Assembly (NCBI GenBank): GCA_951406725.2 | Contig: OX597819.1 | Span: 125,922,001 to 125,986,000 of the forward strand | DNA: 64,000 bases | Origin: Octopus vulgaris | Taxonomy: Eukaryota | Direction: 5' to 3' | Shown here: positions 55,211 through 64,000 of the stretch, one piece after another | Layout of the letters: every line of letters begins with the position of its first letter | How positions within the stretch are numbered: the stretch's first letter is position 1 | Notes under the pieces: generated by a model | Told to the model about the DNA's origin: nothing | Database searches by the model: none | What the model saw: the letters and a program-made list of their open reading frames with translations, nothing else | Made by a program: the position numbers and the translations under genes

Positions 55211-55583
55211 GGTGGTAGTGTGGTGGTGGTGGTAGTGGTTGCTAGTTGTAGTTGTAGTTTTAGGAGGCAGAAGAAGGGAAAGCGGCGGATTCTAAGAGAT
55301 CCAATGGCAAAACAGGGAGGTTCCTATATCTTCTTCATTAAGGCTGCTGCGATCACGATAGATGTCACGACGGTCGTAATCACCGTTATTATTGTCATCC
55401 TTAGTCTCTTCTGCCTTCTCTTTCACACACAAACAGTAATTTCATCATCAGCGTCATCATCATCATCATTATCGTCATCATCACTATCATCATCGTCACC
55501 ATCATCACCATCATCATCATCACCACCATCATCATCATCATCATCATCACCATCACCACCACCATCATCATCATCATCACCAC

Positions 55584-55639
<56 letters not shown>

Positions 55640-55731
55640 CCATCACCATCATCATCATCATCATCATCATAACCATCATCATCACCTTCATCATCATCAT
55701 CATCACCACCACCACCACCACCACCACCACC

Positions 55732-55807
<76 letters not shown>

Positions 55808-55897
55808 CCATCATCACCATCATTCATTCATTCACTCTCTCATCATCATCATCATCCTTATCATCACCACCATCATCATCATCACCATCACCATCAC

Positions 55898-55932
<35 letters not shown>

Positions 55933-56063
55933 CCATCATCACCAGCATCATCATCACCATCATCATCATCCTTATCATCACCACCATCATCACCATCATC
56001 ATCACCATCACCACCATCATTATCATTATTATTATCATCATCATCATCATCATCACCACCACC

Positions 56064-56094
<31 letters not shown>

Positions 56095-56789
56095 CCATAT
56101 CACAATCATTCATTCATTCATTCATTCATTCACTCACTCATTCATTAACTATTATTCAGGATACTGCTGCTAGCGATGACAAGAAGTGAGAGGAGGATCG
56201 TCATCATCGTATTTATTACCTTCATCATCATTAACATTTCTTATCTTCATCATAATTATGATCGTGATCCTCATTCTTCTCTCTTTATTCTCATCCTTAA
56301 CGCTGGAAAATGCCAAGGACGCGGTACGGGAAGCGGGACGCTAGGTTTTAGAGGATCGTGATTTATCTTAGAAATGAAATACTTAAACCCGATGCCATAC
56401 TTACAGTTGAAACATATTTTCCAAAAAAAAAAAAAGTCATCTTTGGGAATAAAATATGAGTCAGCCGCTTTGTTATCAATCGCAGAAACATGTCTAATGG
56501 TGCAAGTCCTTGGTTTCTTAAGTAATTTTCATTAAAAAATTAACAGAGGCGCTAGTCCGTGCAAATATCTAAAAAGGGCACATACTGAATGGTATAGTAT
56601 GCGTAATAAAACACTACGCAAAATTAACTTCTGTTTGATTATAATAATCAACTAATTTTTTTTCTTACATTTTACAAAACATGAGAAGTGAGTAAGGCGT
56701 TTGTAAAATGCCGTTCGCTGAAAGGATGTTAAGAAAATCGGCTGACACGTTCTTGCTACAAAATGTGTGACCTTGTCACAAGTTATATA

Positions 56790-57330
56790 TTTTTTTACTA
56801 CCCACAAGGGGCTAAACACAAGGGACAAACAAACGGATTAAGTCGATTATATCGACCCCAGTGTGTAACTGGTACTTATTTAATCGAGCCCGAAAGGAAG
56901 AAAGGAAAAGTCGACCTCGGCGGAATTTGAACTCAGAACGTAACGGTAGACGAAATACCTATTTCTTTACTACACACAAGGGCCAAACAAAGAGGGGACA
57001 AACAAGGACAGACAAACGGATTAAGTCGATTATATCGACCCCAGTGCGTAACTGGTACTTATTTAATCGACTCCGAAAGGATGAAAGGCAAAGTCGACCT
57101 TGGCTGAATTTGAACTCGAAACGTAAAGACAGACGAAATACCTATTTCGTGCTAACATTTCTTATTTCTTTATTGCCCACAAGGGGTTAAACATAGAGGG
57201 GACAAACAAGGACAGACAAAGATTATATCGACCCCAGTGCGTAGCTTGTACTTATTTAATCGACCCCGAAAGGACGAAAGTCGACCACGGTGGAATTTGA
57301 ACTCAGAACGTAACGGCAGACGAAATACGT
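56790..57330 (-). mobile_element. SINE A trimer of headless units
   Basis: Three ~180-bp units, each ending gacgaaatac on the plus strand. Confidence 0.85.
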
Positions 57331-58111
57331 TAGAATTATAAGTTATAATTCAATGTTTACTATTTCGCTACTCACATAATAAAAAAAAAGAGCAGTCGCT
57401 TGGCTCTCTAGATTCTTAGTTCAAATCCCACACAGATCAGATGTGCCTTTCATCCTTACGAGGTCGATAAAATAAAGTACAAGTAAGTTACTGGAGTCGA
57501 TATAATTAACTGTTGCGTCCACCCAAATTTCTCGCCTTGTATATTTGTAAGATTAAGTGTTAAATATGGAGTGATACATGTCATTATCAATAGTGTGACG
57601 GTGTTTGTCCGTTATACTTACTGCTAAGTTTGACCATCTTCTGATCAGAGTGTGTCCATTTTACGACTTAGTTAACGTGTAGAACTCTATTCCAATAATA
57701 GGAGTATGCTAAGATAAATTTTAAGCCGCACATGTGCGAGGTTTTGATGCAAACATCGTCTGTTCAACTTGTGTGCCCCAACCTAAATCTCCATCTCCAA
57801 AGGACTTGAAAATAATCTGACTGAAGGCGGATAAATACAGAGGGGACAAACGGATTAAATTGATTACATCGACCCCAGTGCATAACTGGTACTTAATTTA
57901 TCGACCCCGAAAGGATGAAAGGCAAAGTCGACCTCGGCGGAATTTGAACTCAGAATCTGACTGTAGGCGGAAATCCATGTGAGTGATACAGTTCCATAAG
58001 ACTATCAACATGTATTGAACTAGCACTGTAGGCGAAACAATTTCTGAGTAAATTAAGCAATTTACGACGAATGGACCATACCGACCTCTGAGATTGTATT
58101 GTACATCAGAG

Positions 58112-58342
58112 GTTGCGAGCTGGCAGAAACGTTAGCACACCGGGCGAAATGCTTACCGGTATTTCGTCTGTCGTTACTTTCTGAGTTCAAATTCCGCCGA
58201 GGTCGACTTTGCCTTTCATCCTTTCGGGGTCGATAAATTAAGTACCAGTTACGCACTAGGGTCGATATAATCGACTTAATCCGTTTGTCTGTCCTTGTTT
58301 GTCCTCTCTGTGTTTAGCCCCGTGTGGGTAGTAAAGAAATAG
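58112..58342 (+). mobile_element. SINE A with 16-bp TSD
   Basis: gtattgtacatcagag (58096-58111) and gtattgcacatcagag (58343-58358). Confidence 0.85.
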
Positions 58343-59059
58343 GTATTGCACATCAGAGTATTCCATTCACTAACTCTACTCAGCCGAAGAGACTCATGTG
58401 ACTGATGCTCAAGTGCTCAAACTAGCGAGTTCCTCAATGGTTTTACTGTATGCTCGTTCATCATCTCTAGTATTTGTGTGATTTGTATGACTCCATACAT
58501 ATGATTGCCGGATTTCCCCTATGCTACTTTCATCATTCCTCTCAACAGGTCTTGTTTCTGTCATGTTGGGTTTCTTCCAGCTCTCCTCAACAAGCGAGCC
58601 TGGTCGGAGCACCACTTCCGTCTCCGACTATTCCGATCATGTAACAGGCTGCACTGGATTAGATTACAAAGTAACGTGCCACTATATGTGTCTTCGTGTG
58701 GGAGTGTATGCGTGTGTATGTGTAATTGTATATGTATTTATGTATGTGTCTATGTGTATAGGAATATATGTATGTCAGTGAATATCTGTGTGTGTAGACG
58801 AGTGTGTCTTATCTCTGATATTAAAATATTCGGAAATCTTTCGCCACAAACACAAACACCCTTCTTTTCTTAGAACAACCAAATATCTTGATGAAGCAGA
58901 GGACATCCGCAGCAAACTCTTAGCCAACAAAATTGCTGACAGTTTAACCCACGCACTTATAATAACACAAATAATGAAGTAAAAACTCATTCATGCAAAC
59001 TTAAACTATGTAATAGATTAGAATGTTTAGGAATATAGGAAACAGACGCAAAGACAATA

Positions 59060-59658
59060 TATTTCTTTACTACCCACAAGGGGCTAAACACAGAGGGGAC
59101 AAACAAGGACAGACAAACGGATTAAGTCGATTACATCGACCCCAGTGCATAACTGGTACTTTATTTATCGACCCCGAAAAGAAGAAAGGCAAAGTCGACC
59201 TCGGCGGAATTTGAACTCACAACGTAACGGCAGACGAAATATCTTTTTCTTTACTACCCACAAGGGGCTAAACACAGAGGGGACAAACAAGGACAGACAA
59301 ACGGATTAAGTCGATTGCATCGACCCCAGTATGTGATTGGTACTTAATTTATCGACCCTGAAAGGATGAAAAGCAAAGTTGACATCGGCGGAATTTGAGA
59401 TCAGAACGTAACGGCAGACGAAATACCTATTTCTTTACTACCCACAAGGGGGTAAACACAGAGGGTACAAATAAGGACAGACAAAGAGATTAAGTCGATT
59501 ACATCGACCCCAGTGCATAACTGGTACTTAATTTATCGACCCCGAAAGGATGAAAGGCAAAGTCGACCTCGGCAGAATTTGAACTCAGAATGTAACGATA
59601 GACGAAATACGGCTAAGCATTTCGCCCAGCGCGCTAACGTTTCTGCCAGCTCGCCGCC
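59060..59658 (-). mobile_element. SINE A trimer (one full unit plus two headless units)
   Basis: Junctions at ~59240 and ~59428. Head ends ctcgccgcc at 59658. Confidence 0.9.
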
Positions 59659-60048
59659 TTTTGACAGCAAAGATGATAATGATGGGAACGACATCTCTGG
59701 ATCAAAACTAAGATCAATAAACATGGCGAAATGCAAGATCGGATTAATCAGTAAAAAAAAAATAATAATAATAATAATAAAAACTGAAATAATATTGGTT
59801 CCAAAATTTGGTTCATGACCAGCAAGTTCAGCGGAGATGGGGTGTTGTCGACTACACCGTATCCTACTTGTCATTTGGTAATTATTTTATCGACCCCGAA
59901 AGGATGATAGGTATAGTCGATCTCGGGGGAATTTGAACTTAGAATGTAAAGACGGACGAAATGCCGCGAGGTATTCCCCCCGGTGTGCTGGTGATCCTGC
60001 CAGCGCACTTCTCTGTTATATTATCGATAACATCAACGAGGTAACAAA

Positions 60049-60510
60049 GGCGGCGAGATGGCTGAATCGTTTGCATGCCAGGCGAAACGCTTAGCGGTAT
60101 TTCGTCCGTCTACAGATAAGGCGGCGAGCTGGCAGAAACGTTAGCACGCCGGGCGAAATGCTTAGCGGTATTTCGTCTGCGTTACGTTGTGAGTTCAAAT
60201 TCCGCCGAGGTCGACTTTGCCTTTCATCATTTCGGGGTCGATAAATTAAGTACCAGTTACGCACTGGGGTCGATGTAATCGACTTAATACCTATGTCTGT
60301 CCTTGTTTGTCCGCTCTGTGTTTAGCCCCTTGTGGGTAATAAAGAAATAGGTATTTCGTCCGTCTTTATGCTCTGTGTTCAAATTCCACCGAGGTCGATT
60401 TTGTTTTTCGTCCTTTCGGGCTCGATGAAATAATTACAAGTAGAGTACAGGGGTCGATGTTATCAACTTACCCCTCCCCTGAAACAGCTGGCCTTGTGCC
60501 AAAATTTGAA
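60049..60510 (+). mobile_element. Young SINE A (60120-60349) nested in an older related SINE
   Basis: Duplicated target ggtatttcgtccgtct at 60096-60111 and 60350-60365. The older element continues after the insertion with a different tail. Confidence 0.85.
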
Positions 60511-60957
60511 ACCAATATGAAGAAGGCAACTGATCTCTAGAAACAGAACAAATGCAGACTTAGATTTATAAAAATCACATTTCTGCGAATTGTCATTATT
60601 TGGCAGAATAGTTAGCACGCTAGGCGAAATGCTTAGCAGTATTTTGCCTGTCACTACGTTCTGAGTTCAAATTCCACCGAGGTCGACTTTGCCTTTTATC
60701 CTTTCGGTGTCGGTAAAATAAGTACCAATTGAGTACTGGGGTCGATCTAATCGACTGACCCTCTCCCTCGAAACTTCAGGCCTTGTGCCTATAGCTAAAT
60801 GAAATCATTATTATGTATTTTCTATATTACCTTTTTCAACCTCTCTTTACTTTTCTTATTGCCATTTTCAATTTTCTCTCCCTCTCTTTCTTCTCTCTCT
60901 CCTCCTCCATCTCTCTTCCTCTTACTGTTTATCATTCATTTCTCAACTTTTAGTAAT

Positions 60958-61362
60958 TACTCTTTTACTTGTTTCAGTCATTTGACTGTGGTCATGCTGG
61001 AACACCGAGCAAATCGACCCCAGGACTTATTCTTTGTAAGCCTAGTACTTATTCTATCGGTTTCTTTTGCCGAACCGCTAAGTTACGGGGACGTAAACAC
61101 ACCAGCATCAGTTGTCAAGCGATGTTGGGGGGACAAGAACAGACACTCAAACACACATACACACACACACACACACACACATGTATATATACATATATAC
61201 AACGGGCTTCTTTCAGTTTCCGTCTACTAAATCCAATAACAAGGTTTTGGTCGGCCGGAGGCTATAGTAGAAGACACTTGCCCAAGGTGCCACGCAGTGG
61301 GACTGAACCCGGAACCATGTGGTTCGTAAGCAAGCTACTTACCACACAACCACTCCTACGCC
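60958..61362 (-). mobile_element. SINE B
   Basis: Family B sequence in reverse complement. Confidence 0.85.
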
Positions 61363-61647
61363 TTCACTTTTTTCCAGCTATTTTCTTCCATACTCTACGA
61401 CAGTCCTTTTTCCCTGACATTTCCCCACCCCCTTTCTATTTTACCTCTGCTCGCTTCCCTCCAAGGAAACTCTTCAGCAATATTTAATCTCTCAACATCC
61501 AATCTTCTCAGAAAACGTCTTAATATTTGCATTTTACTTCGAAGATTGTCTACAGATAAACTTTAAAACGAAACGAAGCAAAATACAATAACAGCAACAA
61601 GAAACAGGCAAGAGCCCCATCAGGCTACGTTGGCCTGTAGGAGTTAA

Positions 61648-61960
61648 GATATGTTTATTTATTAGCCACACAGGGCTGCACACAGACAGGACAAAATTAC
61701 AAGGTAGAGCTTTTCTTTTGGGGGTAAAAGAAGGGGTTTGGTTTTCGATCAAAAGGGATCGTAAATGGAAAGAAATAGGACAAAAAAAGGGGGGAATTAA
61801 AAAAAGGGGGGGAGGAACAAAATTGGATCAATAGGGATCGTTATCACAGAAATGTCAATATGAAGTGTAAAGGGGGGGGGCAGGTGAGGTTTACCCGTGG
61901 AAAGAAAAGCCTACGGAAAAGACCACGGTAACCTCGGTCAATGAAGTCACATGTTATATT
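61648..61960 (-). mobile_element. LINE 3' UTR fragment (probably L1/Tx1 clade)
   Basis: Homologous to 12611-12720. Pyrimidine-rich on the minus strand, ending gtgtgcagccctgtgtggctaataaa. Confidence 0.6.
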
Positions 61961-63046
61961 TCTTTTTTTTTTTTTTGCAAATAAGCAACTCTCTGTATTA
62001 ATTTTTACGGTTCATAGAATCATAGTCAAGGTGGCTTCGTCATTCATACGTGCCATCCTTGCTACATTCACCCATCTTTTTTTAAAACATTCACTAGACA
62101 AAGAAAGGAAACATGTGGTGGCGTGCGCTGTTGTTGTTAGTAAGGAGAGAGAAAAAAGAGGAGGAGGCTGTGTCAGTCGAGAAAAGATAACTTATTTCAA
62201 GTAATTTATCTTCATAAAGTGTTAACATTGTCATGTGGTGGTGAGGGCAGTGGAGGCGGGTAGGTGTTAATGGTAGCCATAGTGATGACAGTGATGGTCA
62301 TGGTAGTAGTGGAGGTAGAGGTGGCGGTGAAACGGAAAAAAATGATTAAATATGAAAGGTGTTGGTGAGGGAGGGGGCCGGAGAGAGAAAGAGAGGAGGA
62401 AGAAAGGATAAAAAGATGGAGAGGGAGGCTGTATATAGAAATTCGAGTTTTCCTTTGGTTTGAAGATATATACTTTTTATTTGTTATCAGTCATTAAACT
62501 GTGGCCATGCTGGGGCACCACCTTGATGAATTTCAGTCAAATGAATCGACTTCAGTACATATTTTTTAAGACTGGACACAACTAAAAGTACTGAAGACAG
62601 ATACTTTCCTTTCCGGCCAAAACCTTATCGGAATTTTCAAGTTCCATTTGGAACAGAAAGTGAGAGGGAGAGGAAAGGGCAAACCTCTAGTAAATTTGCA
62701 AACAGCTGGGTGAATGTAGAGAGAATGGTGCGAGTGAATGGATCAGATCTATGTTAAGTGCCTGTAGACTGAAAGTTAGCACTGGTGTTCATGAAATCTA
62801 TAGGGTCCCAAGGTCATCCTGTATCAAAAGGATTGGATCATCAACTTATTAATATGAAATATTATGTATAGTTTTTTTTTTCAAATCATTCCATTCTCTC
62901 TAAAATCCCACACTTTAAATTTGTCTTGCATCATCCTCTCCATCCGTCGCCCAGGTAGCAAATAAAAAAATAACGATTATTGTTATTATTGCTGTTGTTG
63001 TTGATTATTGTTATTATTGTTGGTGGTGTCGTCGTCGTCGACGTCG

Positions 63047-63077
<31 letters not shown>

Positions 63078-63239
63078 TATCACCATCGTCTATCTTCTTC
63101 TTCTTCTTCTTCTTCTTCTTCTTCTTCTTCTTCTTCTTCTTCTTCTTCTTCTTCTTCTTCTTCTTCTTCTTCTTCTTCTTCTTCTTCTTCTTCTTCTTCT
63201 CATTATTATTATTATTATTATTATTATGATTATTACTTT

Positions 63240-64000
63240 TTTTTTCTTCTTTCAAATTTTCTTCCATTTCTTGCCGAGTGTCTTCCCGACTCCTAGGGCA
63301 AAGAAACTCATAGTGTATATTGGTAGGCCATTAAACTAAACTCAGTAGTTCGTTCATTTTTTTTTTTTTAAAGTTAAATTAAAATACATGAGCAGCAACA
63401 GTTCTCACATCGACAATGCTCTTCTCAATACGTGTGATGTACCAGTTAAGACAATCTTTTGCACTTCTTGCAGGGATGGTAAGCCAGGGATCATTCTCAT
63501 ATAATTTTCGGTTCCCTTCTTGATCATTCCTAGTGCTCCTACGATCACTGGTATTGTAACCGCCTTGAGATGCCACATTTTCTCAATTTCAATGAGTAGG
63601 TCTTTATATTTTCTGAGCTTGTCAAACTCTTTCGCTGAGATATTATGATCACAGGGGATGCTCATGTCGATCAATAAGCAAACTTTATTGTTTTGGTCTT
63701 TCACAACAATATCTGGTTTATTGGCCTTGATGGTTCGGTCTGTATGTACTGGAAAGTCCCACAGAATGGTTACATTTTCTCCTTCAGTTACAGCCTCAGG
63801 GTGGTGATTATACCACTTGTCGGCAGTTTTGATATTGTAATGCCGACTTATTAGCCAGTGGAGATATTGGCCAACTCTGTCATGTCTTAATTTATACTCC
63901 ACTGGTGCTAAGACTTTACATCCAGAGATTAGGTGGTCCACTGTTTCAATCATGTCGTTGCAGAATCGGCATTTTGGGTCTGCTCCATTTTTCATCACAT
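63240..64000 (-). mobile_element. R4/Dong-clade non-LTR retrotransposon 3' end with uninterrupted RLE domain
   Basis: ORF 63405-63998 open to the window edge: CRFC...ETVDHLISGC (CCHC), RHD, ILWDF...TD...ANKPDIVV...LLID.SIP, K..KY, IPVIVGALG. Followed by a ~165-nt 3' UTR, an A-run and (TAA)n. Confidence 0.93.

Noticed and set aside
57790-58680. Possible host exon remnants (LTVGGNPCE; ttccag-LSSTSEPGRSTTSVSDYSDH-gt)
   Set aside because: Short, stop-interrupted, no convincing domain. Cannot be supported without RNA-seq or homology search.
56790-59658. Regularly repeated ~180-bp units resembling a CRISPR array or satellite
   Set aside because: No unique spacers, no cas genes, eukaryotic context. 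The units are SINE A concatemers.

Overview
AT-rich, microsatellite-saturated animal DNA with no recognisable host protein-coding gene, rRNA, true tRNA or CRISPR array. It looks like a gene desert or giant intron. The SINE families and simple-repeat load look like Octopus/cephalopod (my recognition, not verified by search). Almost all ORF-track entries are simple-repeat or SINE artefacts. The real coding signal is transposon debris: Penelope-like GIY-YIG and RT remnants, RTE LINE 3' ends, L1/Tx1-clade ORF1, endonuclease and RT remnants, R4/Dong-type RLE retrotransposons (one ORF open to the window edge) and a Tc1 transposase. There are also non-autonomous Helitrons and a hAT-like MITE. Three tRNA-derived SINE families make up many dispersed copies. 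The most notable hidden structure is RNA-level. Several hammerhead ribozyme motifs sit in Penelope-type terminal repeats, one with a ~100-nt stem II insertion, and an HDV-like ribozyme fold marks the 5' end of a non-autonomous RTE-like element. SINE family A shares its 3' tail with an L1/Tx1 element, inserts with 14-17 bp TSDs at GTA/GTATT-like sites, and forms concatemers joined at one fixed point in its own tRNA-like hairpin. I found no evidence for a novel protein-based system.
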